NCBI GenBank assembly: GCA_965644295.1
Contig: CBFFRP010000225.1
Location: 1-42,263, forward strand
Length of the DNA: 42,263 nucleotides
DNA from: Paraphysomonas bandaiensis
Lineage: Eukaryota; Protista; Chrysophyceae
Reading direction: 5' to 3'
Every line of letters starts with the position of its first letter. The first letter of the stretch is position 1. This document shows positions 1 to 10,487 of this stretch, piece after piece. A program made the translations under genes and the position numbers. The notes beneath the pieces were generated by a model. That model did no database searches and had not been told where the DNA came from. It saw only the letters and a program-made list of their open reading frames with translations.

Positions 1-125
1 AATTGGTTAAAGCGGCCAAGGAAATGAAATTAAAGATTGATAAATTTGTTCAAGGCACCTCGGACTCGGGTGCTGCGTCACAAACTTCCATCATGCGAAG
101 AGAACCCTCGGGTACTCGAGCTTGA

Positions 126-2531
126 CTAGGAAGTAGAGACACTGAATATGTACATAGTAGGCATAAAGTCGAGCATGAAGAATCATGCGAGAGTGAAGAT
201 GATAAGAGGAGAACGCTTTCGCAGGATTTTGATTTACGTAGACTGAAGCAAGAAGACAATAGGTCTTCAGTTTTATACGCCAGTTATCCAGATAAGAAAA
301 TTCTATCCAGTAGTCACACGGTAGGAAGAGTAGTGCTAAACAGAAAAATGGACATTGAAGAATTAGTATATATATTATGTGATACGGGAGCCTTGTCAGC
401 AAATTATGTTAGTGCTGATTTAATCAAAAGGATACGAAGTAGACTAGATGACAAAGACATTATGAAGACCAAGTGCAGAGTCATATTGGCAGACAGTCGT
501 ACAGTGAAACCTTTGAAGGAGGCAGTGAAGTTAAATTTGAAAGTTGAAGACAAGAGAGCGAAGACTCACACATACACTGGAGAGTTTTTCGTCTTAGACA
601 TGAAGAGCCAGGACATAATACTAGGATTGCCGGCACTTACTGGTAAATTATATCCTTTTATGGACGAGCTGCTTAGACAGGCTAACCGGGAGCTAAAGGA
701 GCAGGATGTCCTAGACTCGCAATTAAACCAAATAGAAGAGATGAAAGACACAGAGGATCTGGAACAGAGGAGATCAAATACGTTTACAAGAGACACTTTA
801 ATCAAGCCGTGGCTAAAATCCAATGATGAGGAAGCGCCAGAGGAAGCTGAAGTGGAACTGCCCGTAAACTTTGGGGATGCATTGACTTTCTTAGGGAAGC
901 CTAGACAAGAAGCAGTTCAGGAATACCATGACTTGATAGACAAACATGTCAGTGAGGAACTTCGATGTAATACGGACATAGTAGCATTATTGAAAGGAAA
1001 GGCAGAGAAAGTCTTTGTTCCAGAGGAATGGAGTGGCATAAAAGGAATAGAGCCCTTGCGTTTGAAATGGAAAGAGACTTTGCCGGAGCGCATGAAGCCT
1101 AAGGCCAGACCCATCAACCCGAAACTTTGGGAAGCGTCGGAGAAGGAATTTCGTAGGTTATGTGGATACTTCTATGGGAAAAGCAGATCGCCATGGGCAT
1201 CATGTTTAGTAGTCGCACCAAAGGCTACGCCACCCTACATAAGATTCTGTGGTGATTATGTGCAAATAAATAAGCACATGGAGGTAGGAAATCATACTAT
1301 CCCCAATGTCAGGCACGAGATTCAGAAGATCACAAACTTTCCTTTGTACATGGACATCGATCTGACTAATGCTTTCCATCAAGTAGCTTTGCATGAAGAA
1401 ACCTCGGAAAGGTTGTCCATCCAAACACCATGGGGACAGTTCGCTCCGAAGTTTATGCCTGAAGGCATCGCACCTGCCACTGGAATTCTTCAAGAAGTTG
1501 TAAGAGATTTGTTTTCGGACTTCAGCGACTGGGCCATCGTAATTTTTGATAATATGTTAATCTTAGCGGAGGATGCCACAGACGCCTATAAGAAGTTCGA
1601 AATGATAATTGACCGGTGTATTGAACGTAATGTAAAACTCAAAATGCCTAAGAGTTGGCTGGGATTCCGGGAAGTGAATTTCTTTGGCTACGTGTGCAGA
1701 CACAAATCGTATGAGGTCAGTCCTGATAAGAAGGAAGCTTTGGCTAACATTCCAATGCCTACGAGTACTAAGACGGCCAGAAGCTTACTAGGAAAGGGAG
1801 TTTTCTTCTCAGGGTTCACACCTAGATATTCTGACTTGGTAGGTCATCTTCCGGACATGACCAAGAAAACTTTCAACTGGGATAAATCTACATGGAAGCA
1901 TGATTATGAAGAGGAGTATCGAAGATTCATAAAGGGTCTACAAGATGCCTGTGAGTTATTTTATCCCGACTATTCGTTAGAATGGATCCTAAGAACTGAT
2001 GCTAGCGAGCTAGGAGTAGGAGCAGTATTATTACAGAAGAAAATTTTAGAGGATGGTATTGTTCAGTTACAACCAATAGCATTTATGTCGAAAAAATTCT
2101 CAACGCAAGCACAACGATGGGCTACGATAGAGCAGGAAGGCTACGGTATCTATTATGCTGTCAGAAACCTCGCATATTATTTAGTGGGCAAGGAGTTTAT
2201 TATTGAGACCGATCATAACAATTTAGTGTGGATGGAGGCATCTGAAGTACCGAAAATTGTGAGATGGCGTATATACCTGCAATCGTTTAACTTTATGATT
2301 CGGCACATTCCAGGTTCTCAAAATTGGTTAGCAGATTGGCTCTCCAGAGCACATAAGTTGCAACATTTGGCTGGTATATTTCCTGATATGGACATTGAGG
2401 AATACATTGATGAAACTATGTTTGGCAACTTAGACATCTATCTTAACAATTTTATGGATCCGGATGACAAGGAAGAAGAGTTGGAACCGTTGTATTTATC
2501 CAAAAGAGGAATGTTTTCAAGCAGTTCATAA
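126..2531 (+). CDS. pol: Gypsy pol: aspartic protease, reverse transcriptase, RNase H
   Basis: Frame 3 is open from 126 to 2531 (the ORF track starts it at 333); protease, RT and RNase H motifs appear in order. Confidence 0.92.
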   Translation, partial: LGSRDTEYVHSRHKVEHEESCESEDDKRRTLSQDFDLRRLKQEDNRSSVLYASYPDKKILSSSHTVGRVVLNRKMDIEELVYILCDTGALSANYVSADLIKRIRSRLDDKDIMKTKCRVILADSRTVKPLKEAVKLNLKVEDKRAKTHTYTGEFFVLDMKSQDIILGLPALTGKLYPFMDELLRQANRELKEQDVLDSQLNQIEEMKDTEDLEQRRSNTFTRDTLIKPWLKSNDEEAPEEAEVELPVNFGDALTFLGKPRQEAVQEYHDLIDKHVSEELRCNTDIVALLKGKAEKVFVPEEWSGIKGIEPLRLKWKETLPERMKPKARPINPKLWEASEKEFRRLCGYFYGKSRSPWASCLVVAPKATPPYIRFCGDYVQINKHMEVGNHTIPNVRHEIQKITNFPLYMDIDLTNAFHQVALHEETSERLSIQTPWGQFAPKFMPEGIAPATGILQEVVRDLFSDFSDWAIVIFDNMLILAEDATDAYKKFEMIIDRCIERNVKLKMPKSWLGFREVNFFGYVCRHKSYEVSPDKKEALANIPMPTSTKTARSLLGKGVFFSGFTPRYSDLVGHLPDMTKKTFNWDKSTWKHDYEEEYRRFIKGLQDACELFYPDYSLEWILRTDASELGVGAVLLQKKILEDGIVQLQPIAFMSKKFSTQAQRWATIEQEGYGIYYAVRNLAYYLVGKEFIIETDHNNLVWMEASEVPKIVRWRIYLQSFNFMIRHIPGSQNWLADWLSRAHKLQHLAGIFPDMDIEEYIDETMFGNLDIYLNNFMDPDDKEEELEPLYLSKRGMFSSSS

Positions 2532-4129
2532 TGCCAGACAAGGTCACAAAGGAGCTTATGCCACGTGGGTAAAATTGAATAAGAAATGCCCGGGACACAG
2601 GATATCTTTTGAAGAAGTCACCGAGATGATCAATAAATGTCCCAACTGTGCTAAGACACGACTCGGAATGCAAGAAGCTTTGATAGCTATACCTCGCAGT
2701 TTAAAACCACCTTCAGCTCGTAGTGCCATCGGTATCGATGCAGTGGAAATTACACCCCACGGTAAAGAAGGCTACACGCATATTAACGTGGTGAGTAAAT
2801 CTGTTTACAAAACATGTCTTCCTCGAACCAGTGAAGGGAGTCACTGCCATAAATCTTGCTAATACTGTATGGAAGTATTGGAGTCAATTTGGTCATACTG
2901 ATGTGATCATATCGGATCAAGGACCTGATCTAAAATCCCAGTTATTTGATCAACTTTGCTCATATATCGGTGTCAAACACACATTCAGCATAGCGGATAG
3001 ACATGCCAACGGATGCGAGAGGATCATAGGAGAGGTAGTGCGGCATTTAAGAGCATTAGTATTCGATTACAGCGAGAAAGAAGAGAAGCGAGATGTATTT
3101 GAAGACCCCAGCTGGATTCCTACAGTGGCACATGTATTGAATTCTGAAGTATCATCTGAAACGGGGTATTCGCCTTTTGAGTTAACATTTGGTTCTGAGA
3201 GTGAGAGGTATAACAATATGGGAAGGGATGAAGTACCAGAGAAAGCCCATGCTAGACTACATAAACTCAATGATAATCTAGCTCTGTTGCAACGCAGTTC
3301 GAGAGAATATCAAGATAAGTTGAAGGCCAAACGTTTCAGTAAAGGCATATCTCCTCAGCGACAGAATCAGTATCAGCCGGGCGACTTTGTTTTATTTGAC
3401 AAAGGGGCCAAGGTTTACCCTAAAAAGTCTCATAGATACCTAGGACCATTTCAGGTTATATCGCAATATAAGAATGATATTGACTGCAAACATTTGGTGA
3501 CCGGAGTTGTAACAAAGTAGATGTACGGGATGTAAAATTATATCCCGGAGACAGGGAACAAGCCTATAAAATGGCTATGCGAGATCATGATCAGCATGAG
3601 ATCTGACACTATTTTATATTACACTGGAGACAGAGAACGGCGTTCAACAATGTTGTTTACAGTACGTTTCAAGGATGGAGATATCAGAGAGCTACCTTAC
3701 AGCCAGGATTTATTTGATTCCATAGCCTATGAGGAATTCTGTAGCAGCAAGCCTTATCTACATCATCTTATTTATACCACGGATGGGGCCGCCAAATATA
3801 TCAGTGAGAAGAGGAAGCAGTCAATAACTACGGTTCAACCGGGTGACGAGGTGTATGTAGATATCAGAGTATTCGGAGATGACTGGTATGATGCCCTACA
3901 ACTACCAGATTCGCCCACTGTTACATATGTGATGCAATTTATGCTCACTCACTGGTATCATAAAACCAGCAAGAAGCTAATTTCTGTCAAGAATCCCATG
4001 ACCAAAGCCACATACAGATTTGATAACTACCATGTGAAATGTTTTGTACATCGCGACTTCGATCCGACAACTATGGTACTGATAGATTCCGACTTTGCGC
4101 TACGTTTTCCCCAAGTCCATCAACATTAA
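2464..4129 (+). pseudogene. Gypsy integrase plus C-terminal chromodomain-like extension, split by about four single-base frameshifts
   Basis: HHCC zinc finger in ORF 2464-2862; DDE core across 2464-2862 and 2831-3520; GPY/F-like RYLGPFQVI; ILYYTG...FTVRFKDG chromo-like segment in 3587-4129. Confidence 0.85.
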
Positions 4130-4202
4130 TTTTGACTTAGTTTTATACTGAGTTATATATTATTATCGAAAAAAAAAAAAAAAAAGAGAGGGAAAAAGGT
4201 AG

Positions 4203-4358
4203 TGTAACCCTGGGGGTTTATATAGTAGCAAGTGTAGTAGTGAAATAGGGAATTCAACAACAAGAAGAGAGTCAACAACAGAAGAAGGACAGCAAACAGT
4301 ACAAGATAATTATTTACGAAGGAAGTGCAAACATCTAGCCACGAGTCACGGAATTACA
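4203..4358 (+). repeat. Probable 3' LTR of the gypsy element (right end uncertain)
   Basis: Starts with TGTAAC immediately after the PPT; the first plausible TTACA terminus is at 4358; no second LTR copy is in the window to confirm. Confidence 0.45.
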
Positions 4359-4991
4359 ACAAGCCATTCACACTGAAGTGCATACTTGCGGCTACTCTAG
4401 GCAGTTATTAATATCACGACACTCAAAACACGTTACCCAGTATCTCTACTACTTGCAATACACGTGAAGCATATATAATGCACATCACCTGGTCAAAGTA
4501 CTTGACCAGGTTTTTACTTACCATCGACTTTATACTACATCTCTCAGACTTGTCTCTCTGGCTATAATAGCGCCTCAGTACACCACCCATGGTCGCAGTT
4601 TTGACTACAAAACGTTTTTTTAATGGCCTCAGTTTTGACGTTCTCCACCTCTCCTCCCCACAGATCCATCCTATATCTTCTGGAGAGACTGCCAAGAAGC
4701 AGTTCTGCTGACTTGAGCCACGGAAGAACTACTATCCCGCACGCACGAGGCGTTTGTAGTGAAACCGGAAGCAATATTATACTAATGTTTAGCTAAAAAA
4801 TACGGCCAGTAGAATGGGGTCAATATCATTCTGACCGCAGAATCACAGATAGACGTACACAGCTCACGGAACCTACATCGCCGATGACGCGGCCGTCTGG
4901 ACGGGAGAAAAAACTAACGTGGGTCGCATTTACTATAGACAGCAGATATTGGACAGATACCTTTATTTGTTGACGCCTTTGGGCATAACAT

Positions 4992-5187
4992 ACACACAAG
5001 AAGGAGGGAACGGGGATGCTTAAGCCGCTTAGGCTTTTTTCCAGAGCCTTCTTCTTGAATTGGAGAACCGAGAAAGAGAAAACCTGAGTAATGGGCTGTC
5101 TTTCACACGCCCAGTGCTGAAAGTGTAATCACCCTCGATTTGAAAGCCTAAGCGGCTCAAGCGCTCTCCTCCTCCCTTCTTGTGTGT
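4992..5187. repeat. ~195-bp imperfect inverted repeat (MITE-like)
   Basis: ACACACAAGAAGG...GCTTAAGCCGCTTAGGCTTT versus AAAGCCTAAGCGGCTCAAGC...CCTTCTTGTGTGT; no TSD found. Confidence 0.55.
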
Positions 5188-8100
5188 CAAAATATATATG
5201 ATGATCTTACAATAATGCCTTAAATCAGAAATTTCCGTGAGGAAGCATTTCACGCACACCACACAAGGACAATTTAGATAAAATCAGGAAAACACAAGAA
5301 CCCTAACCAAAATCTCTAAATATAGCAGCATGAAAGTCCTAACACCCTACATCTCAGCTTCAGGCACAACATCATCACAACATCTCTACAAGTACAACAC
5401 TTTCACTTACTTCCACTCTACAAAAAGTTGGTATCAGTATGCTCAAAGTGTAGTCTTTCTATTCTGCAATACCGCGACTACAACGTTTATACTAAATTAA
5501 AGTGCTTCCCACAGTCCAGATCACCAACAAACCGATGACTCTTCCTTCTAAGCCAACAAACAAATGCGACCATGACCGCACTCGATCACCCCTACTACTG
5601 AAAACTGAAAACAACTATTAATTGCCATCTGACCCAAACTTCACATTCCCACAGTGTTGAACTACAACCCATTGACCACCAAACACACCTCCACCTTACA
5701 CCGTTTTCATGCACAGATTTTGTGGACGTTCTACCAAAGGCAGACCTCCTTATTAAATACTTCATAAAGGGTCAGTTGCACCATAGTGCTTGCAGCTTTT
5801 TGGACAAGCGTTCCGGGACTGTATGAATAAGAAAAAACCTAACGCCACATTCCACCACACCACTCACATCTCAGCACACCTAGTTCTCGGTACACTCAGG
5901 ACCTTAATGCAGAACCCTGTATCTCAGAACCTGGTGGAACCTCATCCCAAGGGGAGATCGCCGGACAACACGCGCCAGTGAGTCCTAGGACACACGAGCA
6001 GGGCGAAATTCACAAACAACATTAAGAACGGATTGGTCGCACCTTGGTGCTTGCGGCGACGCACAAGCAGCTTCTGTAGCGCGAAATAGTAGGATACTAG
6101 AGTTTGTGCTGATTAGTTATGGATAGAGGTCTAACTAGTATGTCTAGCATTCAACACTAGCCACTATATTGGTGCAGGTTTCTAACGCCTATTGCTAAAT
6201 AATAAGACTTTCAATATAAGGAAAAACTTTTCAATGATGCCTGAAGACAAACCTCATTATTAAAATAATTCCGTAGGAATATTGTTTCACAAGTAGTATT
6301 CAACCACAAAGGAAGCCCATGCCTAGACTAGCTCAGCTGTAATAATCAGATATACAGTTACTCCTGACTTTTATATTGTCGCATTTTCAACAGTTTACCT
6401 TGGCACTTGTAGCGAGGTATAAGTACTAAATAATGGAACACATTAACCCTCACTCAGATTCTGAGGGATACGGGTGAAAATACAGTTCAACAAAAAGTTA
6501 CACCTTCTTAGCTCGCACCAAGCTCAATGTCTCAGTTGAGACCGTGATTGTGTTACATCAGCGGGTCCAGGCTCAGATTGTCTTCTCCTCCCCACACATG
6601 GCTGTATTTTGTATCACACCACACTGCCGACAAACACCTTGTCTTACCATGTTGTACATGCTTCCCGTTCGATAACGTGGCTTTGCAAATATTCTCTTCA
6701 CTAACGCCGTCAGTTAAACTAAGTGCCTGCACCACTGCAGCGCTGTCAGTTCCTATTAGACATCTCCCTTTTGTAGACACAACTGTCTCACACACCGTTC
6801 TCTACGGTTACAACCACTCATCGCATGGCTCGTGCGGGTAGGCACTCGAAAACGGTCCACTTGTTCATTCGCTAACACCCATGTTCTCCATCGGCCCCGC
6901 TACCTCTTGTAAGACAGGACCATTTCTTGACGACCGCACAAACCAACCCAGCATGGTTAGTCTGTGCGTCTATGCACCAAGCAGAGTACCCCCTCACCCT
7001 GTTTGCCTATCATCCCCACAGCCCATACATCTCATTGGATGGACACAGTATTCCGCATACGGTATACCCGACTACTGTACTACTGTGTCCTACAGGATGT
7101 ATACCATTCCAACAATACGGTGCAAATATACTGCAGTACACCACACAGCTCACTCCGTCCCATGTACCTGTACATGTACCTGTATACCTGTACTGTTGGA
7201 CACATCACCATGTACACTCTCTGTCCAACACACTCATAACACCGCTGCACTGTCGTATGACGTGTGTTGATTGAGTATGTAAATGTTGAACTGACTGAAT
7301 ACTTTAATAATAGATATGTGTGACCTATTGGTTATGTGATGGCTATATGTTTTACAAGGGATGGTTGCACCAAGGTGCTTGCAGCAATGCACAAGCAGTC
7401 CCGAGAAAACTCAGTATTTAGCAACTTGGATACCACTAGTCTAAAGTCGTAGATAGCTAAAAACAAAGTAGTTCTCTCATGTAATAATCAGATCTTTCTA
7501 TGGCTATATGTTGTATTAGGGTATAGGTACCACTACTATGTATAATGTAACCGTTGCATTCTCACTTTTTTGACCTGTAACTAATATAAAACTTATTAAA
7601 TGTCTCTAAAAACATGTTCTCTTTACACCTACTACATTATTAATTGCAAAACGCAACAAAACTTCAACTAAAATCAACATTTTCAAAATTTCACCAGGTT
7701 TCGACCGCTTTACCAGGTTTGGGCATCACATCGACTTACACACACACAGTACACTCTACCTCCTCCTAGAAAACCTCCAGACAAATTATTACCCCTCCCT
7801 CCGTCTCTGACACCTTGCCGTCATCTTCCTTCCACACACACTCTATGCCTCAGCCTGTACCCCCCTGCACCAACACAGACACTACCAAGGGCAGCTGAGG
7901 ACGTCCGAGTGTCTCCTCCAGACCATCATCATCATCATGGTCATCTCGTGCATAGGTCTATCAGAGTACCCGACCTTGGCAGACCTAGTTCTGTTACGCA
8001 GTCCCACTCTCCTCAATCAGATGTTGCCTCTTTTGCACCATCTCACTCCCTCTCGACTCCCTGTTGCTGGACACACCGGATGACCCTCATATCCCACCCC

Positions 8101-9403
8101 TGTCCAGCTATACACTCTCTTGCATGTGCTCTCTACCGTTGGCTAAGACAGCAAAAGAGTCGATTTCGACGCTTCTTCACAGTGTGGGCCATAACCTTTT
8201 GCAAGACCTTCATACACATACCTCCGAGCCACTTGGCACAATGCCTAAAGGAAGGCCACCAGATCGCCAATATAAGCAGGGTATAGTACTGTGTTCCCCT
8301 GGTTGCCGTGAGGTACATAAGGCAGTCCCCGATGCAAATTGCACACAATGTATGTGTAGTCTTAAGCGTTCAGTGTTGAAGTAGTAGACTTAGATCACTG
8401 CTTTCACTTGTCATGCTGTACGTTGCACAACGTGTCCCCTACATACACATCTATCATATAGCGACGGTGAGTCCTAGGACACACGACAATGGCGAAACTC
8501 GCAATCAACATCAAGAACGGAAGTGGTCGCACCTTGGTGCTTGCGGCGACACAAGCAGCTTCTGTAGCGTTAAATAGTAGGATAATGGAAGTTGTGCTGA
8601 GTAGTTATGGGTAGAGGTCTAACTAGTATGTCTAGCATTCAACTAGCCACTATATTGGCAATATTCTCTGCCCTACGGTTGCAAATACAGTCCAACAAAA
8701 AGTTGCACCCTTCTAGCCAGCTCCAAGCCCAATGTCTCTATTGAGACCGTGGCAGCGTCACATCAGCGTGTCCAGGCCTCGAACGGCCTCTTACTCCCCC
8801 GTACAGCTGAATTTTGTAGACCACCACCCTTCCGACAAATCTCTTGTCTTACCATGGTGTACATGCTCCAAGCCTCACTGCGTGGCCTTGCAACTTCCAC
8901 CCTACCCACCTGTCTCAGGTAAACAACGTGCCTGCACCAATGCAGCGCTGACCGCATGCATATGCTATCACCTAAGGAGACACCTTCGTCTCCTACACGG
9001 TTCTCTACGGATACAACCACTTACAGCATGGCTCGTGCGAGCAGATCCACGCAAACGGCCCCCATGTACCTTCTCTGCAACCCCTGTCTCCTCTCGACAC
9101 CTCTCCACTGCACAACAGGGCCGTCTCCTGACGACAACCCAGCCCAACCCAACATGGTTTGTCTGTGGTCCATCCACCCAGCAGGCTACCCCCTCACCCT
9201 GTTCACCTATCACCCCCACAGCCCATCCATCTCATTGGATAGACACTGTATTCCGCATACGGTATACTCGACTACTGTATTACTGTGCCCTACAGGATGT
9301 ATACCATGCCAATACGATGCAAATATACTGCAGTACACCACACAGCTCCAACCCACACGACTACACTGGTACTGTAGGTATACAGGCGGTAGTCCTACCT
9401 CCC

Positions 9404-9521
9404 TACCTGTATGCCTGCACTGTTGGACACATCACCATGTACATGTACCTGTCTACCTGTACTGTTGGACACATCACCATGTCCATATACCTGTCTATCT
9501 GTACTGTTGGACACATCACCA
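9404..9521 (+). repeat. 42-bp minisatellite, about 3 copies
   Basis: TACCTGTCTACCTGTACTGTTGGACACATCACCATGTCCATA-like units; one unit also occurs at ~7180-7215. Confidence 0.85.
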
Positions 9522-10019
9522 GCTCTCTCTCACTGTCCAACAAACTCATATTATCACTGCACTGTCATACACACACACAGTACACTCTACCTCCTCCTAG
9601 AAAACCCCCGGACAAACTATCTCCCCTCCCTTCGTCTCTGATACCTTGCCGTCATCTTCCTTCCACACATACTCTATGCCTCAGCCTGTACCCCCCTGCA
9701 CTGGCACAGACACTACCAAGGGCAGCTGAGGACGTCCGAGTGTCTCCTCCAGACCATCATCATCATCATGGTCATCTCGTGCATAGGTCTATCAGAGTAC
9801 TCGACCTTGGCACCCCCACACATCTACCACCACCCCCCACCACCTCATCCACCTCTCAACCCACTCACCTGGAACTCGGAACACTTATGGCATTAATATA
9901 CCACACTGAGCCTCCTCCAAACCCAACAGAGACCCATCCCAAAGGGAGACCCCCAGATCAAAAGCGCCGGTGAGTCCACGGACACACGATAAAGGCGAAT
10001 TTCATATCACACAAAAAGA

Positions 10020-10070
10020 ACGGAAGTGGTTGCACCTTGGTGCTTGCGGCGACGCACAAGCAGCTTTCGT
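10020..10070 (+). ncRNA. Putative cis-acting structured RNA motif in the LINE 3'-UTR (representative copy; others at 6028-6077, 7358-7402, 8517-8565 and 16135-16179 on minus)
   Basis: Closing stem, GCAC-CNNG-GTGC hairpin and GCR-GCRA-YGC GNRA hairpin, with compensatory changes among five copies. Confidence 0.6.
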
Positions 10071-10487
10071 AGCGTTAAATAGTAGGATAAAAGAGTTTGT
10101 ATTGATTAGTTACGGGTAGTGGTCTAACTAGTATGACTAGCATTCTTCTAGCCACTAATTGATGCAAGGTCTCAACGCCTATTGCTAAATAATCAGACAT
10201 TCACTACACTATATTGGCACAGGTTTTTAACGCCTATTGCTAAATAAAAAGACTTTCAATATTAACCCTCACTCTGGACTAGTGTATTGTAATATCTGGA
10301 TTGGTAGCAATGTAAAACATAGCTATTAATATTGACATATTAGTTCCAAATACCACTTTGACGCTCAAACAGAAAAAAAGACGTGGTATAGAAACATATC
10401 TTTGTAGGGCATTGGTGCACGAAAAGAAGATCATTTTATTGAAGAATAATATAGATGTCTACAGAGAAAGGAACGTTACCACGGTTC

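Larger units (their letters stand above)
1..4358 (+). mobile_element. Ty3/gypsy LTR retrotransposon: end of gag, then PR-RT-RNaseH-IN-chromo-like, PPT and start of the 3' LTR; 5' part lies outside the window
   Basis: Domain order PR (CDTGA), RT (DLTNAFHQV, MPEG, FFG), RNase H (TDAS, ETDHNNL, ADWLSR), IN (H-x5-H...CPNC; IDAV/SDQG/CERII). Purine tract GAGAGGGAAAAAGGTAG is followed by TGTAAC at 4203. The right LTR boundary (TTACA at 4358) is tentative. Confidence 0.93.
5700..10263 (+). mobile_element. Tandem mosaic of non-LTR retrotransposon 3' ends and associated repeated blocks
   Basis: KGR(P/S)P(D/Y)-coding segments at ~5735, ~5948, ~8245, ~9940; homologous 3'-UTRs at ~5975-6215, ~7355-7495, ~8465-8660, ~9967-10260; block X ~6470-7255 resembles ~8672-9567; block Y 7737-7981 resembles 9568-9812. 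Homologous to the TSD-flanked LINE at 16025-17306. Confidence 0.8.

Noticed and set aside
5975-6008. Hammerhead ribozyme (TGAGTCC-nn-GGAC resembles stem II)
   Set aside because: The CUGANGA core is absent (CCAGTGA/CCGGTGA) and GAAA does not follow the stem (ACAC instead).
6442-6454. T3 promoter-like or piggyBac-like ATTAACCCTCACT (also at 10261)
   Set aside because: It diverges before the T3 AAAGGG and no matching inverted end with TTAA was found; probably part of the local repeat.
7921-7945. His-tag-like HHHHH (also at ~9753)
   Set aside because: A (CAT)n microsatellite inside duplicated block Y, with no vector context.
9404-9521. CRISPR-like array
   Set aside because: Contiguous 42-bp tandem units without unique spacers, in a eukaryotic context with no cas genes.
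8732-9973. 413-aa ORF as a genuine gene
   Set aside because: It runs across repeat blocks X, Y and a LINE tail; the paralogous block at 6470-7255 does not keep the frame; A/C-rich sequence is stop-poor.
10073-10082. Pistol ribozyme-like CGTTAAATAG
   Set aside because: Only a short match, not conserved in all copies, and no pistol pseudoknot or stems were seen.
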